From Thermodesulfobacteriota bacterium (GTDB lineage Bacteria; Desulfobacterota_D; UBA1144; Nemesobacterales; Nemesobacteraceae): DNA of 64,000 nucleotides. Below the pieces are notes generated by a model, which was given only the letters and a program-made list of their open reading frames with translations, did no database searches and was not told where the DNA came from. Location: the NCBI GenBank assembly GCA_965202785.1, contig OZ241855.1, positions 832,001 through 896,000 on the forward strand, written 5' to 3'. Below, piece after piece: positions 21,175-30,680 of this stretch (position 1 is the stretch's first letter; each line of letters begins with the position of its first letter). Made by a program: the position numbers and the translations under genes.

Positions 21175-23664
21175 TTAATTGCACTTTGAGAATCCGCAAC
21201 TCCGGCACGTGACGCACCCCGATTCAAATGCGAGCGCCCTGCTTCCGCAGTCCGGGCACTGCTCAAGCATCAGGTCCGTGGAAACTTTGCCCGCGCCGCC
21301 GTTTGCTTTTGCCGCCGTTACTTCCGGTCCGCCTTCATCAGCGTTTTTTTTTCCCTCGGGGATGAAGTGTCTTCTCAGCACCTTGGCTATGGCGTCGGGC
21401 ACGGACATTATGACCTGTCCTCCCGAAAAAACTGGTGAGGAACCTCCAATGGCCTCCAGCTGTTCCACGACATCTCTGACATCAACCCCAGACCTCAGAG
21501 ACAGAGATATCAGCCTTCCAGTTGCCTCGGCATCGGCCATTGTGGTAAATCCAGATTTTCCAATCTGGACGAAAACTTCAAACGGCTTGCCTTCGTAACT
21601 GTTGACAGTTACGTAGAGATTCCCGTACCCAGTTTTTATCGCCTCGGTAAAACCTTCCAGCACTTGGGGTCTGGTGACAGGTTTTACCGCTTCTTTTTGA
21701 GGGGGATGAGGGGATGGTGTGAGGTTGGAGTGGGTGGTTGACATCCCTTCATCCCGGGGTGGAGAGCTTGGTTTTTCTTTTGCTTGTTCTTCCGTTATCA
21801 GTACCCCTTCTCTGGAGCCTTCCCTGTAGACGGTTACCCCCTTGCAGCCGAGCTTCCAGGAGAGGAAATATATTTTCTCGACTTCCTCAAGGCTTATATC
21901 CTTGGGGAGATTTACGGTACTTGATATGCATGAATCTATATGCTTCTGGATCGCGGCCTGCATGCGCACCCGCATCTCCGGCTTTATCTCGTGAGAGGTG
22001 ACGAACGTGTCCGGAAGATCCGCCTCGTCATCCAACCCGAATTTCTCCATGTACTCAGAAACAAGCGGGTGGTAGACCTTGAATTCTTCTTCCGACAGGG
22101 ATTCCGAGCGCCGGAGGTAAGACAGAGCGAACATGGGCTCGACGCCGCTTGTGGTTCCAGCTAGAACCGAACCGCTTCCAACGGGTGGGACCGTAAGTAT
22201 GCACGCGTTTCGAAGGCCCTGCTTTTTTATCTTGCTCATTACATTATCGCGCATGGTTTCTACGAACGGATTCGCTATGTGCGTTTTAAGGTCAAACACC
22301 GGGAAAGTTCCCTTTTCCTTGGCAAGATCGGAACTGGCTTCATAAACGATGTTCTTTATGTGCTCGAAAAGCTCGTCAGTGAATTTTACACCTTCGTCCG
22401 TGTCGTACTTTATGTTGAGCTTAGCAAGCATGTCCCCCAGTCCGGTGAACCCGACCCCTATTCTCCTCGACCTCAAAGACGCTTTTGTCTGGAAACTTAG
22501 GGGATGCTTTTCAATGTTGTAATCCAGTATGTCGTCAAGGAACCTGACGCTGTATTGAAAAGCTTTCTCGAGTTTTTCCCATTCTATTGAGGCATCCTCC
22601 TCGAAAGCGTTTTTGACGAACATGGAGAGATTCACGTTTCCGAGACAGCAGTTCCCATAGTCCTCTAGCGCCTGTTCGCTGCAGGGGTTCACGCCGTTTA
22701 CTTCCATGTTTGCGTATTCGGTAGGGGAGTACCTTTTCACCGTGTCCCAGAAAATAAGTCCTGGCTCGGCCGAAGACCAAGCAGATTTAACCAGCCTGTC
22801 CCATATCTGGCGGGCCCGTACGGTTTTTTTCATCTCGGTTTTCTCATTTGAGAAGGTGAGCTCGTAATCCGCGTCTTTTTCAACGGCTTCCATGAACTTG
22901 TCATCCACTTTTACCGAGATGTTGGCAAACTGGACCTTTGATCTTGCTTCGTCGTTTTTTATGTCAAGGAAGTCCATTATATCGGGATGATTGACCTTCA
23001 TAGTTATCATGAGAGCTCCTCTTCTTCCCGCCTGCCCTATGGTTCCGGTCGTGGTCGACAGAAGGTCCATGAACGATACGGCCCCAGTCGAGTATATGGC
23101 TGAATTGTTCACCGGGGCACCTTTCGGCCTAAGAACCGATATGTCGGTTCCGACTCCTCCGCCGAAAGAGTAAGTTCTGGCGGCCTCCTTGCACCACTCG
23201 AATATCCCCTCTATGGAGTCTTCCTTTATTGGCATGTAGTAGCAGTTAAGTAGCGTAGCCCTTCTTTTCTGCCCGGCGCCGAAGAGGATTCTCCCGCCGG
23301 GGATGAACTTAAAGTCGGAGAGGAGCCAGTAGAAGTTTTCCTCCCATTGCTTTCTCAGTTCCTTTTTTTCTTCGGGAGATGCTATTTCTTTGGCCACCCT
23401 TCGCCACATCTGTTCCGGAGTTTTTTCTGTTATTTCTCCATTTGCGTCGCGAAGAGCGTATTTCTCGTAGAAAACACGTGCCCTGAGCTTGTCTCCGCCG
23501 AATGCTTCAATGGTTTCCGCAGGAATTTCTATAGTGTCGCTTGGAGCTTTTACGTGTTCCGGGGAAGCTTCCTGAGTCTGGGTTTTCTGTTCCTCGACAG
23601 CGACTGTCTCGTGATCCGAGACTCCGTTTGCCACGATTTCAGCGGGATCCTTATCTCCGGGCAT
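21175..23664 (-). CDS. nrdJ: Adenosylcobalamin-dependent (class II) ribonucleotide reductase with TSCPD domain and zinc ribbon
   Basis: LNCY, GRRGALM, NPCSEQ, CCLGNVNL, KGVTVYREGSR, C-terminal CPDCG...CRSCGFSKC. Confidence 0.93.
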   Translation of the reverse strand: MPGDKDPAEIVANGVSDHETVAVEEQKTQTQEASPEHVKAPSDTIEIPAETIEAFGGDKLRARVFYEKYALRDANGEITEKTPEQMWRRVAKEIASPEEKKELRKQWEENFYWLLSDFKFIPGGRILFGAGQKRRATLLNCYYMPIKEDSIEGIFEWCKEAARTYSFGGGVGTDISVLRPKGAPVNNSAIYSTGAVSFMDLLSTTTGTIGQAGRRGALMITMKVNHPDIMDFLDIKNDEARSKVQFANISVKVDDKFMEAVEKDADYELTFSNEKTEMKKTVRARQIWDRLVKSAWSSAEPGLIFWDTVKRYSPTEYANMEVNGVNPCSEQALEDYGNCCLGNVNLSMFVKNAFEEDASIEWEKLEKAFQYSVRFLDDILDYNIEKHPLSFQTKASLRSRRIGVGFTGLGDMLAKLNIKYDTDEGVKFTDELFEHIKNIVYEASSDLAKEKGTFPVFDLKTHIANPFVETMRDNVMSKIKKQGLRNACILTVPPVGSGSVLAGTTSGVEPMFALSYLRRSESLSEEEFKVYHPLVSEYMEKFGLDDEADLPDTFVTSHEIKPEMRVRMQAAIQKHIDSCISSTVNLPKDISLEEVEKIYFLSWKLGCKGVTVYREGSREGVLITEEQAKEKPSSPPRDEGMSTTHSNLTPSPHPPQKEAVKPVTRPQVLEGFTEAIKTGYGNLYVTVNSYEGKPFEVFVQIGKSGFTTMADAEATGRLISLSLRSGVDVRDVVEQLEAIGGSSPVFSGGQVIMSVPDAIAKVLRRHFIPEGKKNADEGGPEVTAAKANGGAGKVSTDLMLEQCPDCGSRALAFESGCVTCRSCGFSKCN

Positions 23665-23830
23665 GCATTCTTCCTCCTCTTCTTAATAGTTGTTTTTCTA
23701 GTTGCGTTTTATTGCGTAGGAAGACAGCAACTTACCCCTATACACTCCTCCTTAATTCTTGTTCCTTTAAGTCTTCCTTCCGTTGAGTGTAATTTTTTTT
23801 GTTCAATTTATAGAAAATGTCTTGTGTAAG

Positions 23831-23886
23831 AACTACTATATTGTGGCGTGGGATTTATTTAAACACAACATATAGGGCTTTGTCAA
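23831..23886 (-). promoter_or_regulatory. nrdJ promoter with tandem NrdR boxes
   Basis: AACTACTATATTGTGG (23831-46) and ACACAACATATAGGGC (23863-78) resemble acaCwAtATaTwGtgt and lie 32 bp apart; TTGACA on the minus strand at 23881-86. Confidence 0.75.
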
Positions 23887-24299
23887 GTATTTTATTTTCG
23901 TTAAGATTGGATTAATTCAATTTCTGAAGGGGAAGCCCGCTAGCATTAAAATTTCAATGAGATCAAATGATTAACCTAGAATCATAAAAGTTTCTTGATA
24001 TTTGCTGTACTGTTAAAATTTTTTCCATGAAAATTCGCAATTACACTGTGTGAATTAGCTTTGCAGAGAGAATGCTAGCAATTTTTGCGATTTAGTCCCA
24101 ACCCTCAAGATTTTAAATGTTGCGGCACAAGTTATCAAAGCTGACAGTTTACGGGTTTTTACATGAAACTGCTCTTGCAACCAGACGGCTAATCAACGAT
24201 AAATACGTTGTTGCTGATTTTATCTGTCCCAATTTTTTGTTTTCTATATGAGCCCTAACCTAGCTTCGTGTTACATGATATTTGCCTTTAGAAAATTGT

Positions 24300-24485
24300 T
24301 GCCCCAACCGCGCGCGCGGTCAGAACGGCATGGGTGCCGATGCCACCGCGGCGCGACCGTGAACCGATATCGAATTTTCAAGCTTTCGCATACATATCGG
24401 CTTCAGTTGGGTAGGAGGCATAGTAAGATGCACCTTGTAGTTTTGTTTTTATTAATCTAATTGAGGGTATCCACCAGATTGTTTT
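24300..24485 (-). ncRNA. Candidate structured RNA (or 33-aa small ORF at 24320..24421), unassigned
   Basis: GC-rich multi-stem segment in an AT-rich spacer; G-U pairs favour the minus strand; lies downstream of a sigma70-like promoter. Confidence 0.4.
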
Positions 24486-24490
24486 TCGAG

Positions 24491-24520
24491 ATTCTATAAA
24501 AACAGCCTATGGTTTGTCAA
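24491..24520 (-). promoter_or_regulatory. Sigma70-like promoter
   Basis: TTGACA-N18-TAGAAT on the minus strand. Confidence 0.6.
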
Positions 24521-24772
24521 GGGATTTTTGGGTAAATTATTAAATAATTTCAGGGTTATACGGTCGACCAGTTCTAACTGGGATAATATGAATGACCGGT
24601 TCTGTTTAAAAATGTTTGATTTTGAAAGAAAGTTGTGTAAAGATATGCCCTCATATCAATAATTATCCCTCCATATCCAAGTCTGTTTCTTTCTGTATGG
24701 AGAGAGCTTGGGCGTGTTAGCAAAAAATGTTTAAGAAAAACCGGAGCACGCTTTTTAGTATGGTTAGGGTTT

Positions 24773-25363
24773 ATGAATAATAGAGATAAATTAGTCAATG
24801 TTGCTTCCGAGTTGATTCACTCTCATGGTTTTGAGGGAACTTCCATTGATATGATCATGAGAAACTCCGGTATTTGCAGAAGCAATTTCTATTATTATTT
24901 TGAAAGCAAGGAAGTTTTGGGGTTGCTTGCGATTGAGAAAGTGGTTTCTGAGTTTGAAGAAAAAATGTTGTCGAAAACCCTCTTGAACCAAGACCTCAAC
25001 CCTCTTGAACGTCTCGACGGCTTTTACGGGGAAGCAATTTTCCTTCAGTATTCTCTTTTTTCGCAGCCTCCTTATGCAGGCTGTTTTTTCGGGAATCTCG
25101 CTTTGGAGCAGAGCGGCATAAACGAGAAATTTCGTTCTGTTCTGAGTGATTACTTCAAGGGATGGAAAGACTGTTTTGAGCAATGCTTGAGAGACGGGGT
25201 GGAGCAGGGATTTTTCAGGGAAGAAATTGATCCCAAACAAATGGCTGGCTTATTGATCTCTCAGATCGAAGGAGCCATACTCCTGTCGAAGGTCGACAAT
25301 TCCATCGAACCGTTCGAGTCTTCCTGCGCAACGATGAGAAGTCTGATCGTTAAATCGTCATGA
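24773..25363 (+). CDS. TetR/AcrR family regulator (NemR/LmrA-like)
   Basis: ATGAATAATAGAGAT reads MNNRD on the plus strand, so the ORF track strand label is wrong. HTH HGFEGTSIDMI...SNFYYYFESKE; GCFFGNLALE. Confidence 0.92.
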   Translation: MNNRDKLVNVASELIHSHGFEGTSIDMIMRNSGICRSNFYYYFESKEVLGLLAIEKVVSEFEEKMLSKTLLNQDLNPLERLDGFYGEAIFLQYSLFSQPPYAGCFFGNLALEQSGINEKFRSVLSDYFKGWKDCFEQCLRDGVEQGFFREEIDPKQMAGLLISQIEGAILLSKVDNSIEPFESSCATMRSLIVKSS

Positions 25364-25657
25364 TTAGCGTGCTCTACGGGTTTTTCGGGACAAGATTTCG
25401 ACAAAGAATTATCTCTCCTTAGTATCTTGCGAAGATGTAATATCCGATGCTGGTTGGTCTTGTAAGCAGTCTTCGCAGATCTGAATTTTCCAGATTCTCC
25501 AAATTGAATTCCACCGATCTATGATGAGAGAAAATGAAGTTCAGGTTGATCGGTTTGACTTGGCCGGGCTCTCTTAAGTTTCGCTTTGCGTTAAATTGCG
25601 CTTATGGAAGAAATGGTTTCCACGGAGTATCGCTTTTGCGTGGTATAATTCTGAGCC

Positions 25658-26293
25658 ATGAAAAAGGAAGTTTCAGCGACGGACGAGCTTGAGGGAATCT
25701 CCGAAGTGCTGCGTTTCTGGTTCGGCGACCTGCGCGAGGGCGAACTGCCGGATGAAAAGAAGCAGATGACCTGGTGGATGAAGTCAGAGGAGTTTGACGG
25801 TCTCGTGAGACGGAGGTTTGAAAAATACGTGCTGCTTGCCGAGAGAGGAGAGCTTTCCCGCTGGCTCGAAACGCCCTTGGGCACCGTGGCGTTTATAATA
25901 GTTGTCGATCAGTTTCCAAGGAACATCTACCGCGACACCGAGGGCGCGTTTTCAAGAGACCCCCTTGCGCTTCGCGCGTGCCTCGAGGGCATTGAGAAGG
26001 GATTTGACCGGGACCTTCACCCCATGCACAGGGTGTTTTTCTACCTGCCGCTTATGCACTCGGAGAACCTGGAGATCCAGAGCCTGAGCGTTGAGAAGTA
26101 CTCCGCTCTTGAAAACGAGTACGCCCCGCGCCCGGAAATCGGGGAAACCCTCGCCTGTTCCACAGACTTTGCGGGACGGCATTTAGACATAATAAAAAGA
26201 TTCGGAAGGTATCCACACAGGAACGCGGCCTTGGGGAGGGAATCCACCCCGGAAGAAACCGAGTTTCTAAAACAGCCTGGAAGTTCCTTCTGA
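25658..26293 (+). CDS. DUF924 family protein
   Basis: VLRFWF, DQFPRNIYR, FFYLPLMHSE, FGRYPHRNAALGRESTPEE. Confidence 0.92.
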   Translation: MKKEVSATDELEGISEVLRFWFGDLREGELPDEKKQMTWWMKSEEFDGLVRRRFEKYVLLAERGELSRWLETPLGTVAFIIVVDQFPRNIYRDTEGAFSRDPLALRACLEGIEKGFDRDLHPMHRVFFYLPLMHSENLEIQSLSVEKYSALENEYAPRPEIGETLACSTDFAGRHLDIIKRFGRYPHRNAALGRESTPEETEFLKQPGSSF

Positions 26294-26399
26294 TTCTTTC
26301 CACTGATTTTCTTTAGTTGTTTAAGGTTATTCAAGCGGGTATTTATATGATGACCGCACGCGGGGACGCGCGTATTTTTCGGTCAGGGAGAGCGTTTGA

Positions 26400-27491
26400 T
26401 TGAACATCGAGGAAATACTAAGCCGGACTTATCTCGGCAATTCCGCTGAAACGTGGCTCTGGGCACTCGGAGCTGCGATCGTCTTAGCCTTTGTCTTCAA
26501 CTTCATCCTGAAAAAGTTTGTGAGGTCGTTTGCCGGTTTTGCCGAGAAGACCGAGACCGATCTTGACGACTTGGTTTCGGCGCTCGTGGAGAAGACCAGC
26601 ATAGTGCTGATCATAATCTTCTCGGTCTACGTGGCGACTTTCTTTCTTGACCTTACCCAGCAGATAAGGGACTTCCGGAAAAGCGTGATAGTCATCTGCC
26701 TTTTTGTTCAGGTCGGTTTCTGGGGAGGCGGCTTCATCGACTATTACGTCTCGAAGAAGCTTGTGGATATCGGTGCGGGCGGCGGCGCTTCCATAACGCA
26801 CGTAAGGAGCCTGGGTTTTTTCGCGAAATCGGTTCTCTGGATAGTTCTCGGAATTCTGACGATCGACAACCTGGGATTTGACCCGACCACAATAATCGCG
26901 GGTCTCGGCGTCGGAGGCATAGCCGTGGCGCTTGCGCTTCAGAACGTTCTGGGCGACATCATAGCCTCGCTTTCCATTATTTTCGACAAGCCTTTCGAGG
27001 TCGGTGATTTCATAGTCATAGGCGATATGAGGGGAGACGTGGAGCACATAGGGCTTAAGACCACCCGCCTCAGGAGCCTTTCGGGCGAACAGCTTGTTTT
27101 GTCGAATAACGACCTGCTGCAAAGCCGCGTAAAAAACTACAAGAGGATGAACAACCGCAGGATCCTTTTTTCCCTCGGCGTCGTTTACGAGACATCCTAC
27201 GATAACCTCGCGAGAATCCCCGGACTGATAAAGGAGATAATAGACGCGGAACCGAAAACGAGATTCGAAAGGGCGCATTTCAGCAGTTACGGTGATTTTG
27301 CCCTTAACTACGATATAGTTTACTTTGTTCTTACTCCGTCGTTTGACGATTACATGGATATACAACAGAGCGTTAACCTCAAGATATTCAAAAGGTTCTC
27401 CGAGGAGGGGATAGAGTTCGCTTATCCCACCCGGAAGGTTTTTCTTGATTCGACGCAAACTGCGTCGACCGACGCGGAGGCAGGAGACTGA
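26400..27491 (+). CDS. Small-conductance mechanosensitive channel (MscS family)
   Basis: AGLGVGGIAVALALQ, DKPFEVGDFI, IGLKTTRLR, IEFAYPT. Confidence 0.93.
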   Translation: MNIEEILSRTYLGNSAETWLWALGAAIVLAFVFNFILKKFVRSFAGFAEKTETDLDDLVSALVEKTSIVLIIIFSVYVATFFLDLTQQIRDFRKSVIVICLFVQVGFWGGGFIDYYVSKKLVDIGAGGGASITHVRSLGFFAKSVLWIVLGILTIDNLGFDPTTIIAGLGVGGIAVALALQNVLGDIIASLSIIFDKPFEVGDFIVIGDMRGDVEHIGLKTTRLRSLSGEQLVLSNNDLLQSRVKNYKRMNNRRILFSLGVVYETSYDNLARIPGLIKEIIDAEPKTRFERAHFSSYGDFALNYDIVYFVLTPSFDDYMDIQQSVNLKIFKRFSEEGIEFAYPTRKVFLDSTQTASTDAEAGD

Positions 27492-27492
27492 G

Positions 27493-28878
27493 TTGGCCAA
27501 AAAAGCGTGGGGAGGCCGTTTCGCTTCCCAGACACACAATATCGCCGAGAAGTTCTCAGAATCGGTAAGTTTCGACAGGCGTCTTTACAAAGAAGACATA
27601 AGGGGAAGTATCGCCCACGTGAAGATGCTTCGCGAAACCGGAATTATTTCCCGCAAGGACGCATCCCGGATAACCAAGGGTCTTCGGGAGATCGAAAAGG
27701 AAATAGACCGCGGGGAGTTTGCTTTCAGCGAGAGCTACGAGGATATCCATCTCAACATAGAAAAAAGGCTTATCGAGAAAACGGGATCTTCGGGTGCCAT
27801 GGTACACACGGCCAGGAGCAGGAACGACCAAGTTTTAACCGACACGAGGCTTTACCTGAGGAAGGAGACAGAAGAGATAATTTCACTTGTGTGCGCCTTG
27901 GCGGAGCAGTTCGTTGAACTTTCCGCAAAGAACTTGGGGGCGGTTGTTCCTCTGTACACCCACATGCAGCGTGCACAGCCGGTGCTTCTGTCCCACCATC
28001 TTCTGGCTTACTACGAAATGCTAAAGCGCGACCGCGAGAGGTTTATTGACTGTCTTGCAAGGGTGAATGTGAGCCCGCTTGGAAGCTGCGCCGGGGCGGG
28101 AACCTCGTTTCCGATAAACAGGGAGATGACCGCCGAAGATCTGGGATTCAAATCGGTTTCCAGAAACAGCATTGACGCTGTAAGCGACCGTGATTTCTGC
28201 GCGGAGTTCGTATTCTGCTGCTCGGTTCTGATGATGCACCTGAGCAGGCTTTCCGAAGAACTTGTTTTGTGGAGCACAAAGGAGTTTGACTTCGTTGACC
28301 TCGGGGACGGGTTCACCACGGGCTCCAGCATAATGCCCCAGAAAAAGAACCCCGACATGTCGGAGCTCACCCGGGGAAAAACCGCCAGGGTCTACGGAAA
28401 CCTGAGTGCGCTTCTGGCTCTTATGAAAGGACTTCCGCTTTCCTACAACAGGGACATGCAGGAGGACAAAGAACCTCTTTTCGATACGGTTGACACGGTA
28501 AAACTTTGCCTTCGGGTTAATATCGAGATGCTGAAGACACTGGAATTCAAGGAAGAAAACATGAAGAATGCCCTTCAGGGAGGCTTCGTCACCGCGACCG
28601 ACGTGGCGGACTATCTGGCCCGCAAGGGTGTCCCGTTCCGTTCGGCCCACGAAACCGTGGGGAAGATAGTTTCCTACGCAGAGCGGGACGGAAAGGAGCT
28701 TTCAGATCTTAAGCTCTCCGAATTCCGCAGGTTTTCCAAAAAAATCGACGAGGACATTTTTCAGGTGATAACGTTCTCGGGTTCCGTTGAGAGCAGAAGC
28801 TCCCTGGGTGGCACTTCAACCTCGAACGTTAGAAAAGAGATAGCAAGAGCCAGAAGGTTCCTCAAAAAATGCATGTAG
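27493..28878 (+). CDS. argH: Argininosuccinate lyase
   Basis: WGGRF, HTARSRNDQ, TGSSIMPQKKNPD; start moved to TTG 27493. Confidence 0.96.
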   Translation: MAKKAWGGRFASQTHNIAEKFSESVSFDRRLYKEDIRGSIAHVKMLRETGIISRKDASRITKGLREIEKEIDRGEFAFSESYEDIHLNIEKRLIEKTGSSGAMVHTARSRNDQVLTDTRLYLRKETEEIISLVCALAEQFVELSAKNLGAVVPLYTHMQRAQPVLLSHHLLAYYEMLKRDRERFIDCLARVNVSPLGSCAGAGTSFPINREMTAEDLGFKSVSRNSIDAVSDRDFCAEFVFCCSVLMMHLSRLSEELVLWSTKEFDFVDLGDGFTTGSSIMPQKKNPDMSELTRGKTARVYGNLSALLALMKGLPLSYNRDMQEDKEPLFDTVDTVKLCLRVNIEMLKTLEFKEENMKNALQGGFVTATDVADYLARKGVPFRSAHETVGKIVSYAERDGKELSDLKLSEFRRFSKKIDEDIFQVITFSGSVESRSSLGGTSTSNVRKEIARARRFLKKCM

Positions 28879-28929
28879 CCGTTTTTCCGAGAGGGTCGGC
28901 GGTGGTTTCCATTCTGTTTGCGGTGCGCC

Positions 28930-29571
28930 ATGGGTTTTGAACTTGGGGGACTTTACGTGGTTACCGACGAGGGACTGATTCCGCGCGGTTCTTTCTGCGA
29001 AACAGTTGAGAAATCGTTGGCGGGGGGAGCTGACATTGTTCAGTTAAGGGACAAGACTTCCCCGCGCTCGGAAGTCGTCGCCTTGGGCAGGGAACTTCTT
29101 GGTATTACAAAGAGATACGGCGTGCCGCTTATAATAAACGACTCCCCGGAACTCATGATGGAAATAAAAGCCGACGGAGTGCATCTGGGCGAAGACGACC
29201 CGAACATAATACCCACGAGAAAGAAACTGGGTAACGGTGCTATCATAGGTGTTTCCTGTTACGGTTCTCTTCCAAGAGGCATACACGCCGAGAGAATGGG
29301 TGCCAATTACGTTGTTTTTGGAACTCCTTGGGCCACTCCGACAAAACCCGGCAGAATCCCCACCCCTTTTGAAACTCTGGTCGAGGCGAAAACCGCTATC
29401 ACGGGGATTCCGATATTTGCTATAGGAGGAATATTCCCCCATAATGCGGCACAGGTGCTTGCTACCGGGGTGGACGGCGTAGCAGTCATAACGAGCGTTT
29501 TTGGATCAGATGACCCGGAGGGTGCTTCGAGGGATCTTTGCTCCGTTCTTAAGGATCACCCGGCTGTGTGA
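28930..29571 (+). CDS. thiE: Thiamine phosphate synthase
   Basis: LYVVTD, VQLRDK, LIIND, DGVHLG, TPTK, FAIGGI. Confidence 0.92.
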   Translation: MGFELGGLYVVTDEGLIPRGSFCETVEKSLAGGADIVQLRDKTSPRSEVVALGRELLGITKRYGVPLIINDSPELMMEIKADGVHLGEDDPNIIPTRKKLGNGAIIGVSCYGSLPRGIHAERMGANYVVFGTPWATPTKPGRIPTPFETLVEAKTAITGIPIFAIGGIFPHNAAQVLATGVDGVAVITSVFGSDDPEGASRDLCSVLKDHPAV

Positions 29572-29653
29572 CCATGTGGGGAGACCGGGAGCGGGGACAG
29601 AAGAACCGGATTGCGATGAGCAATTAATAATCTGGCCCCTGGGTTGATAAACC

Positions 29654-30469
29654 TTATTCGGGCTTTGAGCATATGACGAGATGATTTGAAGCTCTTCCCT
29701 CGTCAACCAGTCCCAGATACGTATCGAAATACTCAATGTGGTAGCGGGTGTTTTCCTCGCCCTGCTCTTCGGCAATCACGGCGGAATGCTTTTTGTAAGC
29801 GTCTCCCCAGTTTTTGACCTGAACCCGGAAATCCGCCACGTACTCGGTTATTTCCTCGATACGAAATCCGGCGGATTCAAGCTTTTTCCTGTAACTTTCA
29901 AGCGAATCGTAATATTGCGGGATAAGATAGCCTCTGGCCATTTTCTGCTTTGTTTCCCCGTCACCGGATATCTCGAAGGTGCCGCTTAGAAACGCCCACG
30001 TTCCGGAAGGCTTAAGTACCCTGAGAACTTCCCTGAAAAGCCCCGTCTTGTCGGAAAACACGTTCATCACGTTAAGACTTATTGCTAGGTCAAACGTGTT
30101 TTCTGTAAATGGCATTTCCATCGCGTCGCCCAGATGGAATTCCGTTTGTTCCCGGAGCCCGGAGTTTTTCGCGAGTTTTCTCGATACGTCAACTCCCACC
30201 TCGTTAATCTCTATTCCGGATACCCTGCATCCGGTCCTGTCGGCTATGTATACCGCGGGACCGCCCGCTCCGCTTCCGACGTCAAGAACATGCGTTGTTT
30301 TCTCTATGCCCAGGCGGGGAATCAACTGGTCAAGATAACGGGGAGTGATGAACGACTGCTGTCCTATGTCATCCTCTACTCCCCAGATGGATTGTCTTAT
30401 GAGCCTGTTTGCAGGGCTGTCGAGCTGGTGAAGCTCCGAATAATCCACCCCTATGCGTTTTTCGTTCAT
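29654..30469 (-). CDS. Class I SAM-dependent methyltransferase (resembles amine N-methyltransferases)
   Basis: VLDVGSGAGGPA, GDAMEMPF, RVLKPSG. Confidence 0.85.
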   Translation of the reverse strand: MNEKRIGVDYSELHQLDSPANRLIRQSIWGVEDDIGQQSFITPRYLDQLIPRLGIEKTTHVLDVGSGAGGPAVYIADRTGCRVSGIEINEVGVDVSRKLAKNSGLREQTEFHLGDAMEMPFTENTFDLAISLNVMNVFSDKTGLFREVLRVLKPSGTWAFLSGTFEISGDGETKQKMARGYLIPQYYDSLESYRKKLESAGFRIEEITEYVADFRVQVKNWGDAYKKHSAVIAEEQGEENTRYHIEYFDTYLGLVDEGRASNHLVICSKPE

Positions 30470-30582
30470 ATGACTTGCGTTTCCTCCGTCTTGATTTTCG
30501 GAATCTAATTGAATTTACACTTTAACCGTCTAAAAACAATTTTCCGTATTCTCTGAAAGAAAAAACCGCCTGAGAAGAGGAT

Positions 30583-30628
30583 AAAAAAAGGGGACATATC
30601 AGGAGTTTTTTCTCTTGACATGTCCCCG
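30583..30628 (-). terminator. Rho-independent terminator after the porin gene
   Basis: Minus strand GGGACATGTCAAGAG-loop-CTCCTGATATGTCCC followed by a T run. Confidence 0.7.
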
Positions 30629-30680
30629 GGAATATTAACCGCGCGCGGCGAAACCGCCGCAACCCGACCTTCTGAGACAG

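Noticed and set aside
21175-23664. Intein or intron in nrdJ
   Set aside because: Continuous ORF of normal length with no intein splice-junction motifs.
24257-24421. Selenocysteine readthrough of the small ORF UGA at 24320
   Set aside because: The extended peptide resembles no selenoprotein I know, and the following palindrome is not a convincing SECIS.
24773-25363. ORF track labels the TetR gene as minus strand
   Set aside because: The protein is read directly from the plus strand (ATG AAT AAT AGA at 24773, TGA ending at 25363).
25364-25657. Short inverted repeats and a stop-free minus-strand stretch after tetR
   Set aside because: Stems are only 7-8 bp and nothing recognisable is encoded; too weak to call.
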